From a virus: a stretch of DNA of 64,000 bases. Where the stretch lies: IMG/VR virus record IMGVR_UViG_3300045988_181536, positions 96,001 to 160,000 of that record; one strand, written 5' to 3'. A program made the translations under genes and the position numbers. Below, one piece after another: positions 1 through 9,667 of the stretch; the stretch's first letter is position 1; the number at the start of each line of letters is the position of its first letter. The notes under the pieces were generated by a model, which saw only the letters and a program-made list of their open reading frames with translations, made no database searches and was not told where the DNA came from.

Positions 1-790
1 TGAAGTTATTGTTGGGATTACAGCGTATTCTCGAAAAGAGATCATAGAACAGTTGGCTGAGGCTCCGCAAAATGCAACCATTATTCTGATGCATACGAGA
101 TGCAAAGAATTTATTCAATACAATGACAAAACTACAAATTATTGGAGCATAGAAGAAGATTTTAATTTTGATAGATTTCCCAATCTAAAATTAGTCGTTA
201 TAGGCGATACGCATGTTACAGAAACTAAAGCTGTAAACGGCGTAACTTTTATTTCTCCTGGTTCAATAGAACTGGTTAAGGCAAATGAAGATATAAAAAA
301 ATATTTCTTTGTTTTTGATACCGATAAACGTATGTATGATCCTGTAGAAATATTCTGCGATTATGTACGCATTAGATCTGAACTTATTTGCAACGAACAA
401 GACCTTGATAATCTAATCGCTACCTTAACCCGATACGGTGTAAATCAAAAGGGTACTAGGGCATTTATAATTGTATATTATAAACCTGAAGTGGAAAACG
501 TGTTATCAAGAATCAACGATTTAATTGTAGAAAATAAAGAAAACGTTATTTTGCAAAGCATTGTAAAAACCAAAAAGATTACATTTTCCGAAGAAGATGT
601 AAAAGATGTTGCAAAAGAACAAGTTGAAAATTTAGACAATATTTTATCCTTGCCCGATTTTGTAAGTAAAAGCCTAAATGATATGCAAAATCTGCGTTTA
701 GGATTGACGGAAAAAGGCGCCGAGTTATTGCAATCTTTAGTAGATAAAAACAACAATTCTGAAGAAGCTATAAACAAATACTTAAACTAA
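1..790 (+). CDS. sbcD: SbcD/Mre11-like metallophosphoesterase nuclease, C-terminal part (gene begins upstream of the window)
   Basis: 'LVVIGDTHVTE...GVTFISPGS' resembles the last phosphoesterase motif (GHxH) and the conserved 'YxGSP' of SbcD/Mre11. An SbcC/Rad50-like gene lies 2.3 kb downstream. The reading frame is open back to the window edge. Confidence 0.5.
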   Translation, partial: EVIVGITAYSRKEIIEQLAEAPQNATIILMHTRCKEFIQYNDKTTNYWSIEEDFNFDRFPNLKLVVIGDTHVTETKAVNGVTFISPGSIELVKANEDIKKYFFVFDTDKRMYDPVEIFCDYVRIRSELICNEQDLDNLIATLTRYGVNQKGTRAFIIVYYKPEVENVLSRINDLIVENKENVILQSIVKTKKITFSEEDVKDVAKEQVENLDNILSLPDFVSKSLNDMQNLRLGLTEKGAELLQSLVDKNNNSEEAINKYLN

Positions 791-797
791 CTTTACC

Positions 798-1709
798 ATG
801 CTAAAAATTTATCAAAACAAACCTGTTGATTTAGAACTGGCTACAGATTTTCTAAGATCTGTCGTACTTAAAATTAAAACAGCGCCGGACTTTAAACGTT
901 GTTTGCCCTTTAATGAAAATAACGTGGCAGTGGGCAACCTAAAAGACCCTGAAAAGATTGCCGCGAAAATTGCAGCAGCAAAAGAGAGTTACGCTTCAGA
1001 AGGTGCACTACTTGGCGTTACAGGAAGAATAGCCAGTATAACAGTAATGTGCACGTACTGCGGCGGGGCTGTTACATTTAAGTCTTTTGTAACGGACAAT
1101 GTGGGAATTGCTGGAAACGAAGAGGAGTTGGATAATCAAGAAAGGATTATGTTAACCAAGTTTTTTGACATATGCAAAAGACTTGGCGACGAGGCGATTA
1201 ACTCAAATGTGCCGGTAAATCTGATTTCTTGGGGCGGTTCTTCTTTTGATATTCCGTTTTTATTGCAAAGAAGTTGCATATTGAAAGTATATGATGTTTA
1301 TAAGCAAACATTTATACCTAATATGGAACAATTTTACTATTTAGGTAAAAACCGTGGGGTAGAAGGTAATGTCCGTCAAATCGACTTAATGGACTTTTGG
1401 AATTGCAGCAAATATTACAGCCCGCTTAAAAAGACAACATTGCAACAATTAGCTTATTCGTTCGGATATCTGGAAAATGCTGTGTTGCCTGAAGTTATTG
1501 GACGTAGTGAAATGAGGATAGGTGAAGGTGAGACCGCAATGGATAATATTATTTCTGAAAAAACGTATAAAGATTTTTGTGAAGACTTTAAAAACGGTAT
1601 TGACCAAATCGAATTATCAAAAAGTATTGTACAAGGTGAGAGCCTTAAACAACTTTATCCTCTTCTTGAAACTTACATAATTCAACAACTTGCGGACCAA
1701 ATAATCTAA
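798..1709 (+). CDS. hypothetical protein; possible DnaQ-like (DEDD) 3'-5' exonuclease
   Basis: 'PVDLELATD' could be the Exo I D-x-E motif. 'SWGGSSFDIPFLL' resembles the Exo II 'N-x2-FD-x2-FL' motif. No clear Exo III motif was found. Confidence 0.3.
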   Translation: MLKIYQNKPVDLELATDFLRSVVLKIKTAPDFKRCLPFNENNVAVGNLKDPEKIAAKIAAAKESYASEGALLGVTGRIASITVMCTYCGGAVTFKSFVTDNVGIAGNEEELDNQERIMLTKFFDICKRLGDEAINSNVPVNLISWGGSSFDIPFLLQRSCILKVYDVYKQTFIPNMEQFYYLGKNRGVEGNVRQIDLMDFWNCSKYYSPLKKTTLQQLAYSFGYLENAVLPEVIGRSEMRIGEGETAMDNIISEKTYKDFCEDFKNGIDQIELSKSIVQGESLKQLYPLLETYIIQQLADQII

Positions 1710-1711
1710 AT

Positions 1712-2320
1712 ATGTCACGTCCCAAAGGTTCAAAAAATAAACCCAAATTAAAAAATATTATTGCTGAAGAAATACTTCAGGATACCACAGGGCGCAAGAA
1801 ACGCGGACGTAAATCATCTCGTGAAAAGATTGCGATTCCTGTGGTAAATACTAATACTGCTGCGATTAAGTTAAATGTGACATCCAAGGTTCAAGCCTTA
1901 AAAGAGGATTCGGAAAAGCCCAAGCGCAAGCGTCGCACAAAAGCGGAAATGCAGCAAGCCAGGCAGCTTCAAGAATCTTCCGAAGTAATCACAGATAAAC
2001 AAAAATCGCAGCAGTCACTAAAGAAGGTTTTGCCGAAACTTGAAATCGGCAAACCTTTATTTTATTTTGATCAATATTTGCTTACAAAATTTGACAACAA
2101 CAATTTTGCGCTTTGGTTAACTAATAAAAAAGATCGCCAAGTATTTTTAGGATATTATTCCTTGGATATCATCGGATTTAAACAAGCTGTAACCAATATC
2201 GCAACTAGATTGCTGACAAAAGTTGATGACGATTCATACAAATCCCTATTAAGCGCCAATAGCGTATTAAAAGCTTTAGATTTGTTTAGGGTATTTTTAG
2301 ACACAAACTTTAAATCATAA
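1712..2320 (+). CDS. basic DNA-binding protein with AT-hook-like motifs
   Basis: The N-terminus is 'RPKGSKNKPKLK...GRKKRGRKSSREK...KPKRKRRTKAE'. These are GRP/RGRK-type basic hooks. Confidence 0.4.
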   Translation: MSRPKGSKNKPKLKNIIAEEILQDTTGRKKRGRKSSREKIAIPVVNTNTAAIKLNVTSKVQALKEDSEKPKRKRRTKAEMQQARQLQESSEVITDKQKSQQSLKKVLPKLEIGKPLFYFDQYLLTKFDNNNFALWLTNKKDRQVFLGYYSLDIIGFKQAVTNIATRLLTKVDDDSYKSLLSANSVLKALDLFRVFLDTNFKS

Positions 2321-2331
2321 ATATATGTATA

Positions 2332-2598
2332 ATGGACACTTATGATTTAATAGATAACCTTAGTGTCTATAGACATCTGCAATTTCCAAGAGAGATAATT
2401 AAAAATCCCAAAGTAATTATAAAAGTTAAAAATAAATTAACAAATGCTATATATTTTTTTGGATGTGCTACAATGCCATTAAAAAAAGAACTTGAAGAAT
2501 TTTTTCTGCCCATAGCACTTTGGGAGGAAGAACGTTATAACTCTTTGGAATTTGAAATGAAAAACTACCAATATCAAGTTTTAACTATCAACAAATAA
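2332..2598 (+). CDS. hypothetical protein
   Basis: ORF with an A-rich leader, no recognisable motif. Confidence 0.3.
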   Translation: MDTYDLIDNLSVYRHLQFPREIIKNPKVIIKVKNKLTNAIYFFGCATMPLKKELEEFFLPIALWEEERYNSLEFEMKNYQYQVLTINK

Positions 2599-2618
2599 CA
2601 ACCAGCACCAAAATTTTT

Positions 2619-3125
2619 ATGACTAAAAAATTAAAATTGGCCTTTTGGCTAACAGATAAAACCCTAGCTATGAAAATAGAGGAACAAGCCGGTTTGCCCC
2701 ATTTTAAAGAAACAGGGTTTGTGAGAATTAAAAGTTCACCTTATCTTGAAGATTGGGGGATTTACCTAAGGGGCAATTACTGGGCTGCTGATAATCAAGT
2801 TGTATCAAAATGTTTTATCAGCAACGAAGAGCGCGACGCCTATTTGCATAAGGTTATTAATGCAATCACGGACGAGCTTTTCACGGGCGAAGGAGAATTG
2901 AAAGTTGGTGAGATGTGCGAGGTGAAAGATGGGGAAGTTGGCGATTGGGAAAAAAGGAAGCTCATAGCAGTTCTTCCAGCGCAATACAGAGAGCGATTCA
3001 TTGTTGAATGGGAGGATTGCCCTACTGAGCACGCTTCTTGGACTTACGCCCGCCCAATAGCTAAGCACACAGAACCCACCGTTGAGGAGTGCGGAAACGT
3101 AGTCACCTACATTTGGGAAAAATAA
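2619..3125 (+). CDS. hypothetical protein
   Basis: ORF, no recognisable motif. Confidence 0.3.
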   Translation: MTKKLKLAFWLTDKTLAMKIEEQAGLPHFKETGFVRIKSSPYLEDWGIYLRGNYWAADNQVVSKCFISNEERDAYLHKVINAITDELFTGEGELKVGEMCEVKDGEVGDWEKRKLIAVLPAQYRERFIVEWEDCPTEHASWTYARPIAKHTEPTVEECGNVVTYIWEK

Positions 3126-5722
3126 ATATGATAATAAAATCTTTACATTTAAAAAACTTCGGACAACATTCCGATTTATTTTTGGATATTAAAGGTCCTG
3201 TAATAGGCATAGTGGGGCGTAATGGATCTGGTAAATCGACTATTGTTTCTGCTTTGCAATATGCATTTACCGGAGAAACTACCAATAATATTCAAACGTA
3301 TATTAAAAAAGGCGAAACTTCCGCCGAAGTAGAAGTTATATTTGAGAAAAACGGTAAAACAGGCGTTATTAGACGTGGCATTAATACCAGAACTACTACC
3401 AGAAGTCTGACCTATGGTGATCTTATTCAAAAGCCTATTACTAAAGCTAAAGAATTTGACGCCATGATGGATCAAATTTTGGGAGTAGATAAACAAAATA
3501 TCTTAAGCGCTATATTTATTGCGCAAGGAGAAATTGCCAATATTCTTAGTCCGAGACTTTCGGAACGACTGGGCTTGTTTGCCAAATTGTTAAATTTAAA
3601 TTTCTTGTCCAAAAGATCTTACGTAGTTGACCAGACTTTAAATAAACTGAGATCTTCCGTTACAGATGTTGGCAGTTTAAAAAATAATTTGGAAGTTAAA
3701 ATTGAAAATTTAAAATCCAAAAACGAAGCCTGGGAATCTGCAGTTCAGGAAGCAAATGCGAAATATGTTAGCGCAACCTTTGTCAAAGATATATGGGAAT
3801 CCGCATCAAATTATATTCATGCTCAAAATGAGCATACACGATGGGAAACTAAATATCAAGAAGCATTAGCAACTCTTGTTGAACAAAAAAATAAGCTAAC
3901 CTCTGTAGCTGCAATTGCAGGGGTAGATGAATCTACGCTTATTCCTAGTATTACGACACAAATCGAAAGCTTAGAAAGTCAATTTAACGAAATAAGCGCA
4001 TTTTTAAAAAATCAACAGCTGATTATTGACGCTTGGAATAATTTAGTTTCAGCCAGAGAAGAAAATAAAATATTTAACCAGCTAAAGACCACGGTGTTTG
4101 CTGACGTACCACCTGACGTTGTGGAAACGACTGTGAGTGAATTTGACGAGTATCAAAACAACACAACCAAATTTGAAGATTGTTGCCTAAAATCCGAAAA
4201 GTGGAAAAACAAACTGTCTGAACTTGAGCAAGATATAAACAAAGCAACTTCCAAGATACAACAGGCAGAGGCCGCTATTCCTCGATTGGATCAACAAAGA
4301 AATAACTTGTGTTCAGTTGTGGCACAGCTAGAAACGCTGGCGAAAACCAAGCAGAAGCTAAAAGACAAGGTTAACAAAGATACTGCCAGCTGTCCTGTAT
4401 GCGGTCTAAAACTGATGCTTGGACAAGAGGTTTGTGATGGAGATATTGAAAGCATAAAACAAAATATTCAAACGCTTCAAACATCCCAGATTCAGCCCTT
4501 GGAAATACAGTTAAAAGAGGCAACTTCTCTAAAAGTAAACAATGGAGCTATCTTAAGAGTTTCAGAGCAAGAATTTAAGCGTATAAAAGCGGACTATGAT
4601 GAGTGCCAAACGCTTATGGTAGAACTGAAGTCTAAAATAGATGCTTATAAAAACGACTGGCCGAAAATTACACAAACTATTTACACAGTAAAAGAAAAGT
4701 TGCCTGAATATAAAGTGTTGTGGGAAAAAAATCAACGCAACACTTTGCAGGATATGATTGATCAAGTAACCAAAACCTTACAATCATTTAATCTTGATGA
4801 AAACAACATAGATGTCGTCAAATTAAAAGAAATTGTCAGCGCAAAAGAACAAGAACTGTCTAAGCTAAGGTCTGAAATATCTAATAAAAAAGATTTGTTA
4901 AGTAGGGCCACTACGATTACAGGGTCTATTTCTGCGCAGGAACAAGAAATATCTAAAACTCAAGAGACTATATCGCAGCTTAATCAAAATCTAAAAAATC
5001 ATAAGCTAAAACAAATACGCGATACACTTGAGCAAGATATAAAAAATGCCTATATTCTGGAAACGTTTAACCACTTCGTAATGATTCCTGAGGTGCAAAC
5101 AATTGCATCTGCAGCTGTGGATGTATATAATCAGCTAAATGCTGAAAAACAAGTCATTGATAATTTGCAGCAGCAGATTGACAATGATAAAAACTTGATC
5201 AATAAACTAGAAGCTGAGAATGCCAAGGTTTATGGTGAAGTTGAAGAATTGGCACGCATAAAGCAACTCTTGCAACCTCAAGACGGCGTAATTAAAAACT
5301 ATATCAATTATTTGTTTAAGTCGATTTCCGGATATATCAGCGAGTATTTGGCGTATATGAATGCCAACTTTATCATTCAAATTGAAGATAGAGCGACTGA
5401 AGAAGACTTGTCATTTAAGTTCCAAAGAATCGATAAGCCTAACGACAAATATTGGTACCCAATGTATCAATTGTCAGGTGGTCAAAAGATTAAGTTGTCC
5501 ATAGCGTTTCAATTAGCTATTCAGAAAATTATTTGCCCTGATTTAGGATTCTTGGTTTTAGATGAACCTACTACTCATTTAGATGAAGAATCCATAAAAG
5601 CGCTTAGCGAACTCTTGGAAAATGTCGGAAATATGTTAACCGGACAAAACGGTCAAGTATGGATCATTGATCATAACCATATCATAGACAAAGCATTTAC
5701 GACTGCAATTAACCTAGATTAG
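3089..5722 (+). CDS. sbcC: SbcC/Rad50-family ATPase (T4 gp46-like)
   Basis: N-terminal Walker A 'GRNGSGKST'. Long coiled-coil middle with a zinc hook 'CPVCG'. C-terminal ABC signature 'LSGGQK' and Walker B 'LVLDEPTTHLD'. The true start is probably ATG 3128 ('MIIKSLHLKNF'). Confidence 0.85.
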   Translation: MRKRSHLHLGKINMIIKSLHLKNFGQHSDLFLDIKGPVIGIVGRNGSGKSTIVSALQYAFTGETTNNIQTYIKKGETSAEVEVIFEKNGKTGVIRRGINTRTTTRSLTYGDLIQKPITKAKEFDAMMDQILGVDKQNILSAIFIAQGEIANILSPRLSERLGLFAKLLNLNFLSKRSYVVDQTLNKLRSSVTDVGSLKNNLEVKIENLKSKNEAWESAVQEANAKYVSATFVKDIWESASNYIHAQNEHTRWETKYQEALATLVEQKNKLTSVAAIAGVDESTLIPSITTQIESLESQFNEISAFLKNQQLIIDAWNNLVSAREENKIFNQLKTTVFADVPPDVVETTVSEFDEYQNNTTKFEDCCLKSEKWKNKLSELEQDINKATSKIQQAEAAIPRLDQQRNNLCSVVAQLETLAKTKQKLKDKVNKDTASCPVCGLKLMLGQEVCDGDIESIKQNIQTLQTSQIQPLEIQLKEATSLKVNNGAILRVSEQEFKRIKADYDECQTLMVELKSKIDAYKNDWPKITQTIYTVKEKLPEYKVLWEKNQRNTLQDMIDQVTKTLQSFNLDENNIDVVKLKEIVSAKEQELSKLRSEISNKKDLLSRATTITGSISAQEQEISKTQETISQLNQNLKNHKLKQIRDTLEQDIKNAYILETFNHFVMIPEVQTIASAAVDVYNQLNAEKQVIDNLQQQIDNDKNLINKLEAENAKVYGEVEELARIKQLLQPQDGVIKNYINYLFKSISGYISEYLAYMNANFIIQIEDRATEEDLSFKFQRIDKPNDKYWYPMYQLSGGQKIKLSIAFQLAIQKIICPDLGFLVLDEPTTHLDEESIKALSELLENVGNMLTGQNGQVWIIDHNHIIDKAFTTAINLD

Positions 5723-5726
5723 CGAA

Positions 5727-6179
5727 ATGAAAACCGTACTGCAAGAAATTCGGCTTATTTCTCCATTCTTGGGTAGCGGTAAACCGGATGAAAACGGATT
5801 AAGGCGAATCTTGTTAAATAATGTCAAGAAAAACGAAGTTAAGTTATTCTTAACTTCGTTTCTTAATAATTTTAAAAAGCTTACTAATGTAACAATAGAT
5901 AAAAATTTTCAAATTTATCCTGGAATGGTTCCTTCTGATAGAAATGTTCCAGTATTGTTTGAACGAAAACAGATATATATTGACGGAAAAGAACAGTTGT
6001 TTGAAAGCTTACCTGTAGGTTATACCGGATACCTAAAAATCCAATATAACCCTAAAGTTTGGGATGAAACATATCTGTTAAACGGAATTAAAACTATTGC
6101 TAACCATAACGGCATTACGCAATTTGGTGCTAAGCAAGGTTATGGAAAATTCATATTCACCAACAAAAAATCACATTAA
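5727..6179 (+). CDS. hypothetical protein
   Basis: ORF only. Confidence 0.3.
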   Translation: MKTVLQEIRLISPFLGSGKPDENGLRRILLNNVKKNEVKLFLTSFLNNFKKLTNVTIDKNFQIYPGMVPSDRNVPVLFERKQIYIDGKEQLFESLPVGYTGYLKIQYNPKVWDETYLLNGIKTIANHNGITQFGAKQGYGKFIFTNKKSH

Positions 6180-6401
6180 ATATATGCCTAACATAAAAAT
6201 TCGTGTTAACAAATCTCAACCGCATTTTGATCTGAAACAAATGAGACGAGATCAATACATGCAATTTAAAGTGCAAGAAACTGTAAAGAATACTTGTAGG
6301 AGGCTTGCAAAGCAAGCTAATGTTAATCCTTTTACGGACAACTATGTCAATCAACCAAAGGTTACGATTAGCTTTGATCTCACAATATCACCATTTCAAA
6401 A

Positions 6402-7832
6402 ATGCATGCAGAAATTTATTGGACAAATAACGATTTAATTGTTCGGTTGCCGAAAAGATGCAGAGAATTGGAATCGAGTTTAAAATATACTAAAAAAGAA
6501 TTGGTATTTAGTCCTGCACAGCGCAAGCGAATAACTAAAAAAACGACTAAGCATATTTTTAACATCATTCCTTCTTTGCAAGACAATATGGTCACGTATC
6601 AAACATTCCAAGGAATGTTTGATACGGTCGTTGATATAGTGCGTAAAAGTTATCCTGATGCCAAGGTGATTGATAAACGCTTGGCATTTCCGTTGCCTTT
6701 GTATGATAAACTTGGAGGTTTGAGATTTAACCAAGAGGAAGTATTGCGCAAGGGATTGGATAAAAACCGTAGCGGGTTGTTTAAATGTCCTACTCGTTAT
6801 GGTAAGACGCGACTTATTACCAACACCATTAATGTTTATCCCAATTTGCCAACTGTAGTTTTAGCCCCTGGCATTGACCTTTTACCTCAAACCATGGATA
6901 CAATTAAACAATGTTGTCCTGGACGTGAGGTAAAAGGTTTATTTACCGGAAGTAAAGACAGATATCCATCTGAGGACATTACTGTGTGTTCTTTGGATTC
7001 AATGCATAAATTGGATTTTGAGAATACCAAACTGGTGTTGGTGGACGAACCTCATTCAGCTGTAACAGAAAGCCGTGCACCGTATTTCCCAAGATTCTCC
7101 AATGCTCGAATCCTTGGGTTCGGGGCCACAACAGACGGAAGATGGGGAGGTGAAGATATTCTTATAACAGGACTTATGGGTCCGGTTCTTTCTCAGACAA
7201 CTTATACAGAATGTGTTAAGTTAGGCGCTTTGTGCCCGATTCATGTGTATATGATAAAGGTATCTTTTACGCCTAAGAATTATGTAAGAAGAGATTTAGC
7301 GTATAAATATCTGGTTCAACAGAATGCTGCATTTAATGCGCTTGTTGGTCATATCTGTAACAATATAATTCCCAAAGATTTTCAAACTTTGGTATTTATT
7401 GAAAACTCCAGTCAAGCCGAGGTGTTGTCGCAACAAGTAAATGATAGCATCATTGCCATGGATAAATTAATGAAAAACAAAAAAGAGCGGCAAGAGTTAT
7501 TTGCTAAAATGAAAGCAAATGAAATAAAACGCTGTATTTGTTCCAATATTTATTCCACTGGTGTTACTATCGACGAATTGCGATGTGAAATTAATTGTTG
7601 TGGGGGAGGCGCCGGTATTATGGCCACTCAAAAACCAGGAAGGCTCGCGGAAGTAAAACCCAACAAACCTGAGGGTATAATGATAGATTTTCTATTTATG
7701 CCTTCTGCTCACTGCAATCCGGCAAGCGGAGATGCAATGATTATGCGAGATTCCTATCTGCGTCTCAATGCCTACAGGGAACTAGGATATACAGTTGATA
7801 TTTTGGAAAACATTGAACAACTAAAAATTTAA
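6402..7832 (+). CDS. superfamily-2 (DExH-like) helicase
   Basis: Walker A 'CPTRYGKTRL', Walker B/DExH 'LVLVDEPHS', motif III-like 'FGATT', motif VI-like 'QKPGRLAE'. Confidence 0.55.
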   Translation: MHAEIYWTNNDLIVRLPKRCRELESSLKYTKKELVFSPAQRKRITKKTTKHIFNIIPSLQDNMVTYQTFQGMFDTVVDIVRKSYPDAKVIDKRLAFPLPLYDKLGGLRFNQEEVLRKGLDKNRSGLFKCPTRYGKTRLITNTINVYPNLPTVVLAPGIDLLPQTMDTIKQCCPGREVKGLFTGSKDRYPSEDITVCSLDSMHKLDFENTKLVLVDEPHSAVTESRAPYFPRFSNARILGFGATTDGRWGGEDILITGLMGPVLSQTTYTECVKLGALCPIHVYMIKVSFTPKNYVRRDLAYKYLVQQNAAFNALVGHICNNIIPKDFQTLVFIENSSQAEVLSQQVNDSIIAMDKLMKNKKERQELFAKMKANEIKRCICSNIYSTGVTIDELRCEINCCGGGAGIMATQKPGRLAEVKPNKPEGIMIDFLFMPSAHCNPASGDAMIMRDSYLRLNAYRELGYTVDILENIEQLKI

Positions 7833-7834
7833 TT

Positions 7835-8272
7835 ATGGCAACATCAAATACTTCTAAAAAACATACAAGATATTTTGTCGCAGTTATAAAACAATTTATC
7901 AATAGCACTTACGACGAGTATGCGGAAGATGAGGAAGAAACGGATGACGTAGATTCTGATACGCAAGTAAGTAATTTGGCTGCATTGCAAGAACTGAATG
8001 CAGTGGAACTTTTTTCAGTAGGCAAACAACTCTTGTTTCTGGAAACTGATGAGCTGGAAGAGGGTGATTTGACGAGTGAAGAAGCTGAAGAAATATTCAT
8101 AGATTGGCTAGAGAACTATGCTAATGGATGGGATTATCTTTCCATGAATCCAATAACGGTAGACGGCAAAAAAATGTATCAAGTGGACGAATCTCCCTTT
8201 GTTTTTAAATTTGTTAACATAAAAGAAATAACCAAAGAAATCTTTAACATATCTAAATATTTCGAACTTTAA
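7835..8272 (+). CDS. acidic hypothetical protein
   Basis: Glu/Asp-rich with no Cys, so it is not an E2. Confidence 0.3.
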   Translation: MATSNTSKKHTRYFVAVIKQFINSTYDEYAEDEEETDDVDSDTQVSNLAALQELNAVELFSVGKQLLFLETDELEEGDLTSEEAEEIFIDWLENYANGWDYLSMNPITVDGKKMYQVDESPFVFKFVNIKEITKEIFNISKYFEL

Positions 8273-8276
8273 AAAA

Positions 8277-8864
8277 ATGGACAACAACCACAATATCACC
8301 GTTAAATACCAAGCACTTCCCGGAGTTAAAGCTCCTGAAATCAAATCGGAGGGGGCGCATTGTGCAGATATTTATGCCAAACAAATGGTAAAGATTTATC
8401 CTGGAGAAATAGTTATCGCTAAAACAAAGCTATTTACAGAAATTCCTCAAGGATACGGGGCGCGTATATTGGAACGTAGCTCTATGCCTGTAAAACATAG
8501 GGTAACCGTAAAAGCTGGAACCATTGACAGCGATTATCGCAACGAATGGGGAGTAGTATTGTATAAAATGCCAGGACTAACGTTGCGGAATGCCCTGCGT
8601 ATCAATATAAAAAAATATAATGAAGACGTAGAAAATGAAGAAGTTAATAATAAAGGACTTCTCTCCAAACTGAGAAATTGGGCAGGGGTACTAAGCGATA
8701 CGGTGGAAGATTATATTTCCAGCAATAGGCCTACTGTATATCTGGAAGGTGATCGTATAGCCCAAGTTAAATTTGAGCCGACGGTCACGGCTAAATTTCA
8801 AGCTTCTGATAATCTTAGCAAAACTGAACGCAATATGGGCGGCTTTGGCAGCTCTGGAAAATAA
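8277..8864 (+). CDS. dut: dUTPase (trimeric dUTP pyrophosphatase family) with a long insertion between motifs IV and V
   Basis: Motif I-like 'SEGAHCADIY', motif III 'ERSSMP', motif IV 'GTIDSDYRNEWGVVL', motif V 'RNMGGFGSSGK'. About 75 aa are inserted between motifs IV and V. Confidence 0.85.
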   Translation: MDNNHNITVKYQALPGVKAPEIKSEGAHCADIYAKQMVKIYPGEIVIAKTKLFTEIPQGYGARILERSSMPVKHRVTVKAGTIDSDYRNEWGVVLYKMPGLTLRNALRINIKKYNEDVENEEVNNKGLLSKLRNWAGVLSDTVEDYISSNRPTVYLEGDRIAQVKFEPTVTAKFQASDNLSKTERNMGGFGSSGK

Positions 8865-8869
8865 AAATT

Positions 8870-9667
8870 ATGGAAATCGAAATTATAGATATTTCTAAAG
8901 CAAATGTGCCGAATGTGCGCTTTGACATAACTGCTTGGGAAAAAATTCAATTTATTGTGGACCATGAATCAAGGGAAATCGGATGGTTTGGAACAGTTGA
9001 TCATGATCCTAAAAGTAACACATATGTCGTAACAGACATATTTATTACCGAACAAAAACGTGATGGTGCTACATGCGACCAATCCGCAAAAGGAATAAAC
9101 GAACTGACTTCCGAAATTATTCGTGATCGATCATTAAGCTCCGAAGAAAAGCGGGATCGTTTAAACAAATTCAATTTTTGGGGACATTCTCATGTTAATA
9201 TGGGAGTAAGTCCTAGTAGTGAAGATATTGCCAATGCAAAAAGATTTGCCGGTAAGGACTTTTTGATTACCGGGATATTTAATAAAAAAGGAGACGTTCG
9301 CTTAGATTTTTGGGATTTTAAAAATAATCTACACTATGTGGAACTTCCTGTAAGAAAACGTTGGCATTTGTCTGATGAAACGGTTACAAAGATAATATCC
9401 GATATAAATACCAAAGTTAAAGAAATTACATTTGAGTCGTCTTATAGTTACGGTTCACCGCAACATTTACGTTCCGGCAGGGCTTTATTTGGAAGCCCAG
9501 CATCTGTTTGGAACAGCGAAAAACCATCTGTAAGTAACGAATGGATTGACCTTGACGGCGCTATACGCAGTAGCAATGCAAGTAGCAATAAGCTCGTAGA
9601 AAAAGTAGATAATAACGATTTCTTTTCTAAAACTCAAATCTCTCAAAAATCATGGATGCAGCATTAA
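8870..9667 (+). CDS. JAB/MPN (JAMM) metalloprotease-domain protein with a C-terminal extension
   Basis: Canonical JAMM motif 'HSHVNMGVSPSSED' (HxH-x7-S-x2-D) with upstream Glu residues. It overlaps the next gene by 16 nt, which suggests translational coupling. Confidence 0.75.
   Translation: MEIEIIDISKANVPNVRFDITAWEKIQFIVDHESREIGWFGTVDHDPKSNTYVVTDIFITEQKRDGATCDQSAKGINELTSEIIRDRSLSSEEKRDRLNKFNFWGHSHVNMGVSPSSEDIANAKRFAGKDFLITGIFNKKGDVRLDFWDFKNNLHYVELPVRKRWHLSDETVTKIISDINTKVKEITFESSYSYGSPQHLRSGRALFGSPASVWNSEKPSVSNEWIDLDGAIRSSNASSNKLVEKVDNNDFFSKTQISQKSWMQH

Noticed and set aside
478-777. Short minus-strand ORFs embedded in plus-strand genes (for example 478-777, 2805-3068, 3176-3496, 6480-6734, 13479-13745, 25320-25818, 31220-31941, 39829-40080, 48235-48474, 49513-49800, 60666-60878)
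   Set aside because: They lie fully inside long, motif-supported plus-strand genes and have no start context or motifs. 39829-40080 is the Ala/Pro-rich shadow of the Gly/Ala-rich plus-strand ORF. They are treated as antisense shadow ORFs.
6097-6438. ORF 6097-6438 overlapping ORF 5727-6179 by 83 nt in another frame, and ORF 51946-52146 inside 51825-52289
   Set aside because: The 5' overlap is probably spurious. A downstream ATG (about 6184) is the more likely start if the gene is real. 51946-52146 is an alternative-frame artefact within a low-complexity gene.
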